From Cyanophora paradoxa CCMP329 (lineage: Eukaryota; Plantae; Glaucophyta): a stretch of 64,000 bases of DNA. The notes beneath the pieces are model-generated. The model searched no databases, was not told the origin of the DNA, and saw only the letters and a program-made list of their open reading frames with translations. The translations under genes were made by a program, and so were the position numbers. Below are positions 45,814 through 58,578 of the stretch, in pieces. The first letter of the stretch is position 1, and every line of letters starts with the position of its first letter. The stretch is taken from the NCBI GenBank assembly GCA_004431415.1, contig QPMI01000017.1, positions 496,001 through 560,000 on the forward strand, in the 5' to 3' direction.

Positions 45814-46625
45814 ATGAGCACGTGCCGCATCTGCTACGGCTCGGACAGCGAGTCAGCGCTGCTGAAGCCCTGCGCGTGCACTGAGAGCGTGCACGCGAGC
45901 TGCCTCCGCGTGTGGCTGCGTCTGCGGCGGCGCCCGACGTGCGAGGTGAGAACGCTAGCGCTCGCGCTTACGATGGCATTTCGCTTACGTCTCCGCCGCG
46001 GCCGGTCTTCGCCGTGAGTCTGAAAACACTTCAGGTATGCAGCAGGGTCTTCACGCTTCACAGCCTCTGCTCGATGTACGGGTGCACGCCGCGCTGGAGC
46101 GCGCCGTTATTTCCCTAGCAATTGCAATTGCAAAAAAATTGCAATCTCACACGCGCCAGTCCCGTCGTTCTCGGCGCGCTGGCGGCGTCGTTGAGCTTTG
46201 CGTTGCGCTTTTTTCCGCTGGCCCTCTTCTTCGTCGCCCAGGCAGTGCTCTTCCATATGGGCCTGAAGTTAGCAAGCGAGGTGCCCAAGACGCATGCGCA
46301 CCCCCGCCGGCCTTCACAGACGAGCGCGGCCGCAGACAAGCAACATCTGGCTCGCGGGCGGGATCTACGCGGCTACGACCCCGCTGGCCCGGCCCGCGCC
46401 GCCCGCCGGCGCCGCCCGGCCGCGCCCCGGGCCCGCCTCCCGCGGCACGCCGGAGCTGGTCGTCGCGCCGGACGCGGAGGGGCGCGCTGGCCGTGGCTGG
46501 CCCCGGCGCTGCTGCTCGCCGTGGGCGTCGCGTGCATCCTGTGCGGCCTCGCCCTCGCCCTCGACCCCCGGCGCGGCGACGCCCTGGGCATCCCCCAGGC
46601 CAGCCCCGGCTTCAGCTGCCTGTGA
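45814..46625 (+). CDS. RING-CH (RINGv/MARCH-type) E3 ligase with hydrophobic segments
   Basis: CRICYG...LLKPCAC...VHASCLRVW....TCE|VC, followed by hydrophobic stretches. The 3' exon structure is uncertain. Confidence 0.75.
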
Positions 46626-46677
46626 TCGAATTGAGCTGTTTTCTGATTGAAAAATACTATGTGGCACGGCCTCGTGG

Positions 46678-46988
46678 TCATTCCTCGCCGCTGCTCTCGG
46701 ATCCGCTGCTCGTGTCGCTGCTCGAGTCCGAGTCCGAGTCTGCGGGCGGGGCGTGAGGGCGAGCGGGGCGGCACGGCGGGGCCGGGGGCGGACCTGCTGC
46801 GGGCGCGGGCACGGGCGCGGGCGCGGGGGCAGGGGGCGGGGAGGGCGCCAAGGGCGCCGAGGGCGCCTTGGTGGCGGCGGGGGCTCTTGCGGCGGCCGCG
46901 GGTGCCTTGGAAGCCGCCGCGGGGGCCTTGGACGCGGCGGCGGGCGCCTTCTTGGCGGCCGCCGGCGCCTTGCTGGCGGCGGCGGGGC

Positions 46989-47021
<33 letters not shown>

Positions 47022-48318
47022 AAGGGGCGCCCTCGGCCTCCGAATCGGTGCCCGACGACGTGTCGCTGCTCGAGTCGCTGTCGTCCTCGGCGTCCTGCGC
47101 GCGGCTCGGTCGGGAGGGGGGGGGGCTGGAGGGGGTACCGCGCACCAGGAGGTCCACCTGCTGCGGCGCGGCGACGGGGGGGAGGAGAGGGCGGTGCGGG
47201 GTGCGCGGGGGGGAGGCGATGGGAGCCGGGGCGGCGGGGGCGGGGGACGCGCGGGCGCCGCGGGGCGGGCGGCGGGGCGGGGCGGGGCGGGACGGGGGCG
47301 GGCGGGCGGGCCGGCTGCGAGGGGGTAGCCTCCTCTTCCGAATCGTCGTCGGATTCGCTGGAGTCGGAATCGCTCCCAGCGGCGGCGGCCGCCGCCGCGA
47401 GCGACGCTGGGGATTGAGAGCTTTGTGGGAGCGGTGAAGGCGCGCCGCGGTTGGCGCCGAGGGAGGGGGGAATGGGCGAAGGGGCGGCGCGGGCCGCGGG
47501 GGACGGGGCGGAGACGAGAGTGGGGGACGGGGCTGAGAAAGGCACGGGCGACTCGCCGCGGGGACGCGGCCGGTCGCCGTTCGGAGGCCGCTTCTGCGCT
47601 CCGCGCGCGTTCAGCTCCGCTGTGCTCGCGCTCCGCTTGTCTGCGGCGCGCGGGTCGGTCGAGGCGCAACGGGGAACGGGAGCGCGGGAGAGACGCACTG
47701 GGCTGAGAAGAAGAAGGCTGAGAGAGCGGCTCGTCAACGGTTCCCTGCGACGCCGAAGGCTGCGACCCTGCGGCGGAGCGGCCTCGGTTCGCGCACCGCG
47801 GCCCGGCGAGCGCTGCGCGGGCGAACCCGACGGCGCGTCCTCGTCCCTGTCGTGTTTGAGGTTCTTCACCGCAGCGGCGAGGCGCTCCAGGCGGAATTGT
47901 GTGCCGTCGAAGATGAGAATGCAGTCCACCTCCGAGCAGGGGTCCACCCGGCCCTTCAGGTACACGCGGCCGGACCCCTGCGGCGCGGGAGGCGGTCGCG
48001 CGACGTCCCATGCGCTCCAGGAGCGCATCGCAGGCGGCTGGTGCGGCACCTTCTTCTCGAACTCCAGTGCCACTCCGCGCTCACCATCCGTCGAGCGCAG
48101 CGCCCCAGGCTGGCCCTCGTCTATGGAGGCTGGTTTGAAGTCGTCTGCACGCGAGCTTGCGTCAGCGTGGCGCAGGGCGGTCGGCCAGGCCAGCGCGCAC
48201 ATCGAAAAGTAACATGCGTCGCCTCGCTCGGCTCTCCCCGCGCGAGAGCAATCACCGAGTCTCCCACGATCACGGGGTGCGGCGCGCCGAGCGCCGCACC
48301 GGGCAGCTCGATGGCCAT
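46678..48318 (-). CDS. EAF: ELL-associated factor (EAF) family RNA polymerase II elongation factor
   Basis: HPVIVGDS...HVTFR|YDFKPASID...YLKG....EVDCILIFDGTQFRLERL...VKNLKH, then a Ser/Asp-rich acidic tail ending SESSGEE*. Confidence 0.88.
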
Positions 48319-48552
48319 GCTGCGGTTTGTCCCCCCCTACCCCCAAATCGAGGACTTCGTGCAAGGTGCTGCGGCCGGCAACACAGCGTGGCCGCGCGAG
48401 CAGCTTTGCGTTCGCGCACAGCTTAGTGTCATGCAGAGAGCGCAGCGACGCCAGCGGGCGCTCGCGTAGCGCCGCGTGGCACAACAAGCGAGGGAGCGCC
48501 GTGCAGCGAGATCGTGGGAGCGCCAAGGAGCGTTCAAGCAGCGTCCGAGCAC

Positions 48553-51500
48553 ATGGCGACTGCGGAGCTTGTGTCCCCGACGGGGGGAACTGCCCAGCTC
48601 TCGCCGTGGCGCACGGGACTAATACCGTCGGCGGGCGAGCTTAGCCACCTGCAGCTGCCAGTGAAGGCAAGCGATCTGGCGGCTGCAGGGGGACTGTTGG
48701 GGCACCTGGGGCCGGAGGAGGAAGTGCTCAGCCCGCCCCCGCGCTTCCACCAGCAGCGGCTCGCGCTCCTCTCGGCGGAGACGAGCTCGTTCCGCTCGAG
48801 CGCGGCGGAGACGGTGAGCTCGCCGGGTCGCGAGCACGATCTGCACGAGGCCACCGTTGGCGAGGAGGAGCCCGCGCAGCCGCCCGCCGCGGGCCCGGAG
48901 CCTCCCGCGGCCGACGCGTATCCCGAGCCGCCCGCGGCCGATGCGGACGCCGAGGCGCCCGCCGGCGACTCGGAGGCGCCCGCGGAGGAGCCGGGGGCTG
49001 GAGGGGACGAAGCGGGCGCGGAGCCGGCTGTGGAGGAGGAGGAGGAGGAGGAGGCCGGGGGCGATGCCGACGGCACGGGCGCGGGTCCCGCTGAAGAAGA
49101 GGAGGCGGAGGCGGATGGGGCGCCAGGCGCGGAAGAAGGCGGCGGCGGCGGCGGCGGCGATGGCGCGGTCGGAGAAGAGGCGGCGGCGCCGGGCGCGGAG
49201 GAGGGCGGCGGCGGCGAGGCGGGGGCAGATGGGGAGGCGGCGGTGGCAGCGGGGGCGGGGGCGGAGGCGGAGGAGGGCGGCAGCCCGGCGCCCGGCTCGG
49301 CGCACTCCCCGGAACTCGATCCGGCGGGGGCGGCCGAGTACGAGGCAGGGGCCGGCTCCCCACAGCCCGACCAGCCCGATCCGCCGGAGCGGCCGGCGGG
49401 GGAGGCGCAGCCCCCGCGGGCCGATCTGACCGTCGCGGAAGCCGCTCAGGCGGCGGCCGAAGCGCTCGCCGGGCAGCCGGAGAGCCCGCGGCGGCGGGCT
49501 GCGGAGGCGAAGGGCGGCGGGGCGGGGCAGCGGCGCGCCTCGCAGCGGCGCGTCTCGGTCGCGGCGGCGGCGGCGGAGCCTCCCGCGGGGCGGGCGGCTG
49601 CGCGCGAGCACGAGGGGCCGTCAAAGGCGGAGGCGGAGGAGGCGGAGGAGGAGGAGGAGGGCGCCGTGCCCGACACGCCCCTCTCGCGCCTCGCGGTCGC
49701 GCTCTTCGACGCTGCAGCAGCGGCGGCGGCGGCGGGGCGCGCGGGGCCGGCGGCGGGGGCCCCGCGGCTGGCGGCGGCGCTGCGGCGGGAGCTGGCGAGG
49801 CGCTGCGCGGGCTCGGAGGCGGCCCCCGGGGCGGCCCCCGACCTGGAGCGCTGCCGCGAGCTCGCCGAGGAGGCCGCGGGCCGCCCCCGCACGCGCCCCG
49901 CGCGCGGCGGCTGCGTGCGACGCTGGAGCGAAAGGCGGCGGAGGCGGCGGGGGCGCAGGGGCGGGGGCCGCCCCCTCGGGCCCCGTCCTCCTGGGCGACC
50001 TCGCGGACCTCGCCTGGCGCGCCCTCCTCGCCCTCGCCTCCGTGCGCGCAGCCGGCCCGCCGGCCTCCCCTGCTCTCCTCTGCTTCACTCTGACGGCGCG
50101 CAGGGCGAGGAGGTGGGCCCCGCGGCGCTCCTCCGCGCGGCGGAGGCGGCGCCGGCGCTGCGGCCGTGCGCGTGCCGCCCGCCGCTGCTCACGAGCCGCT
50201 CGCTGCGGGGCCCGCCGGCGGCCCAGCCGCTGGAGGAGGCGGCCATGCCGCACAGGCCCGAGGCCCCCGCCCGCTGCGACCGCTGCTCCGCCTCGTGAGC
50301 CTGCCCTGCCCGGAGCCCGCCTCGAGAGCAGAGCCCTTCTCGTCTGAGGGCCGCGCAGGGCCGTGGGGGCGCGGCGGGTGTCGGCGTTCCTCGCGGCGGA
50401 GCGCGCGCGGGCGGCGGCCGAGGCGGCGGGGCGGGCGGGGCGGCCCGGGCTGCCGGCCGCCCCCTCGCACAAGGACCTCGCCCTGCCGTGCGCCCCCCGC
50501 CCTGGCCAGAGGAGCGTTCGCCTCATTCCTCTCTCGCCCCGCAGGCCCGAGGTCGCCGGGGGCGCCTCGCTGGCGCCTGCGCCGCCCCCGCCCGCGGCCC
50601 CGCCCCTCTCCCACGCCCACTCGCCGCCGGAGGCCCTCCCCTCCCCGCGCGCCCGCTTCGAGAACGGCCCCATGCAGCCCCTCCTCCCCGCCTCCACGTG
50701 CAGCGTACCCCCTCCAAGGGCGTGCCCCCGAGCCCCGAGCCGCCCGCCTCCCCGCCCCCGGCGCCGCCCCCGCCCCCGCGCTGCGCCGTCTCCGCCCCGC
50801 GTGCTCCCACCCGCCCGCCCCGCCCTCCAGCCTCCCCGCCGCGCCCCAGCCGCCCGTCCCTCCTCCGGACGCTGCGGACGCGGGCCCGGCTCCGGAGCCC
50901 GAGGCCGGCCCGGAGGCTGGGGCGGGGCCGGAGGAGACGGCCGGCGAGCCCGCCGCGCCCCCGGGCCCGAGCCGCCGGCCCCGCCGACCTGGCGCGACTT
51001 CTACCCCTCCCCGGCGCACGCCCCCCTCCCCATCGTCGGGCTGGGCCCCGAGCCCCTCGCCCACCTCCCCTCCCCGCCCTCGCCCCGGGGCCTGAACGGG
51101 GCCGCCCCTCGCCCCCGCTACACCTTCTGGCGCCCGAAGCGGCCGCCCCCGCGGGCCGTCCTGCCGGAGCTCCCGCTGCCCCTCCCGCCCTTCCCTCGGC
51201 CCTGCGCTACCAGCGGCGCCGCGCCGGCGCCTCGACCGCGCGCGTCCCCGACCGGTGGCCCTGGGAGTCGGACGAGGAGTGGGGCGCAGGGGCCCCGCCC
51301 GCGCCCCGGAGCGCGCGGGCGGCGCTGCCCTCGCAGCCGCCGGCCGCGGCCCCCGACGGGCTCCACCGCGAGGCCTCCCGCCTCGTCGTCTTCCCCCTCA
51401 ACGTTCGCATCTCCCGCCTCTCTTCCTCCGCCCGGCCCCGCCCGGCTGAAAGCGTCGCAGGGCGGGAGGCCGCGGCGGGAGAAGGACGCGTGGCGGCCGC

Positions 51501-51706
51501 TAGCGCCGAAGCTGCCGCGGGCCTTCGCGCCGGGCGGGCCGCGGGAGGAGTCGGAGGCGGACGCGTGGTACGCGCGGCGGGAGGAGGAGCGGGCGACGCG
51601 GCGGGCGGCGCTGCACGCGGCGAAGGCGGGGCGGCCGCTGGGGCTCTTCCCCGCCGCCGTCTCCACCCTGCCCCTCCGCTCCCTCTTCGACCCCGCCTAC
51701 AGATAG
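48553..51706 (+). CDS. Uncharacterised Glu/Ala/Pro-rich multi-exon protein
   Basis: Long codon-biased first exon MATAELVSP... (acidic) and several short introns. The last exon ends SLFDPAYR*. Confidence 0.5.
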
Positions 51707-52140
51707 GCCCCGCCGCCCTCCCTTCTGCCCGACCCCTTCCCCGCCGCTCACCCTCGATCGATATCGGCCTCGAGCTCAAGCTTGGTTTTTTGTTTTTCAA
51801 AATCAGATGTACCCTGTTCGATCGAGCTCGAGGGTACCGGGTGCTCAGAGGGGGGGTACTCGCTCGGCAGTTGCCGCGAGTCTGGCAGCTAGTCCGGCCT
51901 GTCGTTTAGCCTCGCAGCGAGCCTTGAAGACGTGGACTTGGAGACGCGCGCGAGCAGCTGGCGTTCGCCTTCGCGCTGGCTGTCGGCCGGCGCCTGCATT
52001 CCCGCTCCCTCGGCGCGTCGGCGCCCCGCGCCCCGCAGCTGCAACCGTACTCTTCAGCTTCGGTCGCCTTCCTCGCCGGACTCGCCGGCGCCAGCCCGCT
52101 CGTACGCGCCCCCGCTAGAGGCGCGACGCCCGCAGCAACG

Positions 52141-53432
52141 ATGCCGCCGAAGCGCCGCGCGAAGCCGAAGAGCGAGAGCGAGAGCGACGCGTCCGGCGCG
52201 AGCGAAGAGGAGCGGCAGCCGAAGAAGCGCGCCGCCCGCGCGCGCGCCGCCCCGGCGGCGAAGCCGAAGGCGAAGGCCGCCGCGAAGGAGCGCGGCGCCG
52301 GTGCGGACGCCGGCGAGCCGAGCGGCCCTCGCTTCTTCCTCATGAAGTGCGCTGCCCAATCAGCGCGCGTGCGGCGCGCGCTGGCCGGCCCACCTCGTCT
52401 CACGGTACACGCGCACGCGCCCCGCGTCCAGGTCCGAGCCCGAGAGCCGCATCGAGGTGCGCGGGGCAGCCGCCCGTCTCGTCGCCGTCCGAGTCCGCCC
52501 GCCCACCCGCCCCGCCGGCCGCGGCGCGCAGGACGGACACGACGTGAAGTTCTCCCTGGAGGACCTGAAGGCGAAGGAGGGCCAGACGAGCTGCTGGGAC
52601 GGGGTCCGCAACTACCAGGCCCGCAACATCATGCGGGCGCGCTCCGGGCCCCGGCACTCCCCCGCCGCATCTCTCAGCCGCCGAGCCGCTGAGGCACTCG
52701 CTGTGCGCGCAGTCGATGCGAATTGGCGACCAGGCGTTCTGTGAGCCTGCTCGCTTTCCCTTCACCTTACATTCCTGATCAGAACGCCCCGCCCACAGTT
52801 TACCACTCAAATTGCAAGGAGCCCGGCTGCGTCGGCATCGGTACCCCCCTCCCCTCGCCCCTTCCCCTTCGTGATCCACCGATTGCGGTACCCCCTGCAG
52901 TGGAAGTCGTGAAGGAGGCGTACCCCGACCACACGCAGTTTGACCCCAAGAGCCCCTACTACGATGCCAAGAGCACGCGTGAGGATCCAAAGTGGTCAAT
53001 GGTGCGTACCCCCGCCCCGCTTCCTCCCCTTCCCCTCACTCGCGATCCACCCGCAGGTGGACGTGCGCGCATGTACCCCCTCCGCACCTTGCCGGCCAGC
53101 GCCCTCGCTGACCGCCGCCCGCTCACCCGCAGGTGAAGTTCGTGCGGGAGCTGAAGCGGTACCCCCCACACACACGTTTTCTGTCCCGTACCCCGCCGAC
53201 GAGCCCGCCGCAGCCTGGTGAGCCTGAAGGAGATCAAGGCCGACCCCGTGCGCCGCCCCGCCTCCCTCCGTCCTTAAAGGCCGGAGATCTAGATCTAGAG
53301 CGGCTGAGCCCAAGGCCTCCGCAGGAGCTGGCGAGCATGGAGCTGGTGGGGCGCGGCCGCCTCTCCGTGCAGCGCGTCGCCCCCGCCGAGTGGGCCCACG
53401 TCCTCGCCCTCTCCCAGCGGCCCGCCCCCTAG
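52141..53432 (+). CDS. THYN1: EVE-domain protein (thymocyte nuclear protein 1 homologue)
   Basis: FFLMK|SEPESRIE, KFSLEDL, CWDGVRNYQARNIMR|SMRIGDQAF, YHSNCKEPG, EAYPDHTQFDPKSPYYDAKS, WSM|VD|VKFVR, RLSVQRV. Confidence 0.95.
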
Positions 53433-53502
53433 CCCTCGCCCGCCCCGCCGGCCTCCGCCCCGCCGCCTGTGCGTACACGTATTCACAAACTGAACTCTAC
53501 GG

Positions 53503-55351
53503 TCAATCCTCGGGGGCTGCCAGCGCCGCCAGCGTCGGCATCGGGGGCCCGTGCGGGATCGCGATCGGGAGAGGCCGGCCCGGGGCCGCCGGGGGGCGGG
53601 CCTGGATGCGCGCCCGCACGCGGGCCGCCAGCGCCGAGCTCGGCTCGTTCGGCGCGCTCTGCGGGCCCGGGCTCACGATCAGCGGACGTCGCTGGCTCAG
53701 CGAGTCGCAATTTGAGGGCGGGAGGGGCGCGCCTCGACGCGGCGGGCGGCGAAGTGCGCGGCCAGCGCCGCCACCCGCACCACCGCCTCCTCCGGTATCC
53801 CCCGGTCGAACGCTGGGGGGTACGTCGATTTGAGATCAAAAGGGAGGGCAGAAGGGGCCCCGACCGGAGTCGATCCAGAGGACATCGGCGGCGAGGCCGT
53901 CGGGGAGCTCCTCGGGGGAGGGTACGTTGTCTGCTCCCAAGCGGTCAAGATCAAGAACCCTGGAGGGGTACGGGGCGGAATCGGATCAAATTCAAGGGGC
54001 GGGCCCTTGACGGTGTAGGGCCCGACGAGGGAGACGGCGGCGCAGGCGATGCGCTCGAGGCGGGGCACGCCGGCGAAGGGCGGCCCGAACGCCCGCCCCG
54101 ACGTCATGAACTGCCGCGGGCCGGGGCGGAGGCCTAGGGTCAGAAGCGCGGCTACGGAGGAATTCGAAGAGGCGGGGGGGGGGGGGGGGGGGTACGGCGG
54201 GCCTGGACGTCGCGTCGGACGGCGAGGTAGCGGATGGCGGGGAGCTCGCGGCAGTTCGAGGGCCAGCAGACGTACCTGGCCCCCGTACCCATCCAGATCA
54301 AATTGCGCGAGAAAAAGCGCGAAATTAATATCGGCGAAAATGAGATCGATATCGGCGCGCACGGGGGCAGGCTGGAGGCGGCGTCGCCGCGCTCCTCTCC
54401 CGCCTCCGGGCCCGGGGCGCGCACGCCGCCGTAGAGCGCAGGGCGGGGGGCCTCCTCGGGGTACAGCTCCTCCAGCGCCTGCGGGGCGCGAATCAAATTA
54501 TCTGCAGCCGGCGCGGCGAGGACGCATCGCGGCGGGGGCGGAGCGCGCGGAGAGGGAGCTGTGGCAGAATTCGACGAAGTGAAGTATCAAAACGCTCCAA
54601 TCCTCCCGTGAAGAGAGCGACCGGATCTGCAGCGAACAGATGAAATTTCAATTGATTTTCTTTCAAAATCGAGCGAAACTTAAATCGATGCCGGCTGGTT
54701 TGGCGGACGATGCGGAGGCGGCGCAGCGGCTGAGAGAAGGAGGAGACGGCCACGAGCGCCTGCGTCGTCGGGATGCAGTAGTTTGCGAGGCGCAGTGCCC
54801 GCGCCCCGCGAAAGCTACATCATATGTACGCGAAATCAGGATTAATGATCGATCGCAAGCCTTAGATAAAGCCAGAGCTTTAGTGTAAGCTCAAAAGAGC
54901 GAGCGCGCCTGCGGACGAAGTGGGAGAGCGCGGCCTCATCACGGACCGGAGGCCGGACGCCGGCGGACGCCGACCGCTCGATTTCGAAGCGGTAGGCCGC
55001 CGCCGCCGCCGCCGCAGGGTAGCCTCCGGGCGCGGGCGACTGGAGCGCGAGCGTCGCGCGGACGAGCTCGACGTCCACCGGGCGCTCGTCCGCGGGACTG
55101 TCGAGGACGACGGTCACTTCCTCCACCCACGACTCGATCACCTGCGCGAAAGAGGGATTAGAGCGCAAAACGCGCTTTTCGCAGCGCGTTTCGCGCCCCT
55201 CCGCCGATCGGACCTCTTTGAGTCGGAGGGAAACAAGGCGCGCTTTGGCGACCGCAACAAAATCCAGGCGCGCGAGGACGAGCTGCAGGATCTCGTCGGG
55301 GAGCGCGTCGAGGCACATACTCGCGGCGGGCGCGGCGGGTGACGCGGACAT
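53503..55351 (-). CDS. F-box protein
   Basis: N-terminal LDALPDEILQLVLARLDFVAVAKARLVSLRLKE|V, followed by multiple short introns. Probable stop after ...LAAPED at 53503. Confidence 0.7.
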
Positions 55352-55873
55352 CGCTGCTACTGCATGAAGCTAGCTGGTTGCTGACTCGCCAGTGCGAAAA
55401 TATCGCTTCTAGATATATAGCTCTCGAGCTCTTTCAACCCCCTCTAGATCTCTCCTTGGCCTCTCTAGATCTCCCCTCTCTGCCCCCTCTTTTTCTCTCC
55501 TTTAATTTCCTTCCTCTCATATCTAGCATGATCATGATCATGTGCATCGCGTGCCATCTCGCGATATATCGATCGGCGCCAGCGTTCTATACTAGTACTA
55601 TACACTCCGCGGGATCCTCGGAAATTAATATTCTGGAGTTCTCTAGATAGATCTCGACTCCTTAATTCTCCCTAACTAAGAGAACGTTGCAAATTGACAG
55701 CGCGATCTCTTTCGCGCCAAATCGGCTCCGACTGCTGCTCGTATACACTTCGAAATCTCAGCGGATATCGATCCGGAATGGCTTCAAATTCGGTGTGTAC
55801 GCGTGCACAGCGCGCGCTAGCCCCTGGAAAATCAAGGAATTGAGCTGATCATGAACTTATGGTGCGCTAGCGT

Positions 55874-57711
55874 ATGGAGTCGGCTTCTGGGGCGCCAGTA
55901 ACGGCGCTGCTGAAGAGCGCGAAGGTCTCGTGCGTTGTTTTAACTTTTGCAGGCCTCTGCAAATCTCACATGTACGTGATAAAATCTCGCGATATCGCAG
56001 CGTGTGGGGGGACCAGCGCAATGAGGAAACAGCCTCTCAGACTCGAAACAATGCGTACAGCCAATTTTCTGCTCCTGTGCATGTGGCGGACGCGAATGGC
56101 GGCGTCGGCCGCCATGCAGCGCACAGCACCTCCTCCGGCGATCGACGTCGACGTCGGCCTCGAGATTCTGACGACGAGCTCGAGGATGACAGCGAACGCG
56201 GCCCAAGGCGTCGTCTTGATGACGAACGCGAGCCTGAGCCTTTGTCAATTTATGGCGCTTCTTGCGTGCTTCGGCAGCCTCAACATCGCGCGCTGGAGCA
56301 TTTGCAGATCAAAGTATCCTTCCGACACGACGACGGAGACAACAACTGCTACATTGCAGACCTGTGGCAGCATCTCCCCCCGTCAGTTAAATCCCTGAAC
56401 GTCGTTTTCGAATCGTGCGATCCGGGCATCTACAAAAGCATCTTCTCACCTCCAATGCCAGCGGATGCGCTCGAAAAGCTTGACATCCTCGAGAAACCGC
56501 ATCCCGCTCTCGCCGAGCATGCCCCGCAGCTGCTGGAGCTGTGCGTTGCATATTCGCAGCTCTTCTTCGACAGCGTAAATGTTGAGAATCTGAGAGAACT
56601 GTTGCGCTATTTTACTCTCGCGTTTCTGGAATTTCATTTGTACTTATTCATGATCAGCATGAGCCCCGGGGCGACGGTGATGCCAGCCCTGGAGCGGTTG
56701 GGCCTCCCAATTCTCCTCGAGAGCGAGGACGATGTGACGGAGCTGAGAGGGCTTTTCCCCCGGCTTCGCGCTGTGCGCACTCTCGAGATCGAAGGCGCGG
56801 AAGACGCTGGCATTAGCTATTCTGCAATGGTCTCGCTCGCCCGCTCTGGCATTCGAGCTCACCAGCTCATCCTCTTCAATCTCGATTTCAACTTCCGTCC
56901 AGCGGCGTGCAATGACCTTAGCGAGCTCACAACTGCCATCGATTTTATCACCAGCTTCGCACCGGTCGCTGAGAATGACCTCTTCAACTCGACGCTCGGC
57001 TTTGGATACAGCGAGTATCCCCAAGTCCTGCTAACAGAGTGTATGCTGCCCGAAATTTGGCAAGCAAATATCTTCCGAGGGGCCAAGAGGCGCGCATGCT
57101 AAAGCAATTAAGTCTCGGTTGCTAGCGCGTATGCAGCTGACAGCGTCTACAGCTTCGCCATCTCGCTCCCGAAGTGCGAAATCATCCGCGAGATGCGTTT
57201 CTTTTCTTGGCTTGCCGGTGCTTTGCTCTTCTATTCATTTTATATTTCATGATCAGCATATGTACGCATAAATTGCAATTCTAAAATTTCCGCAGACGGA
57301 CCGCAATCATTTAGCAGAATTCATCTCGACCTCCCGCGCTTCAATCCAACCAAGCATACTCCACGCCAGCCGTCTACAAAACTAGTTGGTGGTGTGCAAT
57401 ATTTTTTTAATGTTATATGCACGCGTCAGTCAGCTCTTCAAAATCCGATAAGCTCTTACGCATGCGCAGACGTGCTTCCCGCTCTGGAACGGGCTGTTGA
57501 GCGTGGTGCCGTTGACGTGTGCCTCCGCATCTGGCCGAACTGGCCCGAAAAGGATCTGCGCGCCTTCTTCGCGGCCGTTGCGTCCCACCGAACGCTGCGA
57601 AATGTCGTCAAGATCGTTGGGGACAGGTTCGGGATCTACGAGCCCCGGGCTCACTTCGACGGGGCAGGCAAGGAGAGGGCTTACAAGACATTTCTGCGGC
57701 TGACAAATTAA
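55874..57711 (+). CDS. Uncharacterised lower-GC protein with LRR-like spacing
   Basis: ORF 55930-57102 (LPPSVKSLNV, PQLLELCV, MPALERLGL, FPRLRAVRTLEI) plus downstream exons ending FLRLTN* at 57711. The start is uncertain (55778 or 55874). Confidence 0.5.
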
Positions 57712-58578
57712 ACTCCGGATATCGATCACGATACGTCCACGTGCACGTTCGTGCGCGTGCAGAGCACACAATGCTCGAAACGTTAACTTGTAGCCGCCAA
57801 GCTGAAGCTGACTACAAACATGATATCGATCGTGATTTAGCACCAGTACTAGTAATAGTTCACATGTGAAAGCAACCAAATTCATCGATCGCTAGCGATC
57901 GGATTTTCGAAGATATCAATCGCGATGCTCGCGATGCATTGACGTCGACGCGCTGAAGGCTTGCAATTGCAATTCGTTTTGCCGTTGGAGACGACCCCTC
58001 CCCCCCCCTGCTCCCTCTGCCCCTCTAGATCTGCCCCTCCCTTCAAGATCTGCTCCCCCTGTCATGATCGCCCTCGCGGTTGAACGAGCTGAGCTGATCA
58101 TGATCATGAACTAGAAACTGCCAGCAATATTTTTTGCCAGCAATATTTTTCTCTAGACTATAGCTATAGTCACAGGAAGTGATCATGACTCGAAATGTGC
58201 CACGTCGAGCATTTGAAACCGACAATATAACTGTGAGCGTGAGATTCCGAATTCGAAAGCGTGAAATTTCGGGCAAGCTATTAGTCTGTGATGATCGTGA
58301 TAGGACAATGCCCATGATGCTATCATGCACTAAAATAAAGCGATTAGATGTCTAGAACAGTAAGCGCTGGTTTTTAAATCTAAGGTCTCAAGCCCCTCAC
58401 CGTGGCACGCGCCTCGCGCTCTTTCATTCCGTCTCATGAATTCCGAGTAACTTGTACGTATATGTAAGAAGACGCCGCAGTGGCATACGTAATTATAAGC
58501 AGAGGCAGCTTATTATGAGTAACATGATTAATCTGATACCAATGGGCTCTCATAGTCTCCTCGCGCATCGGCCCTCCC

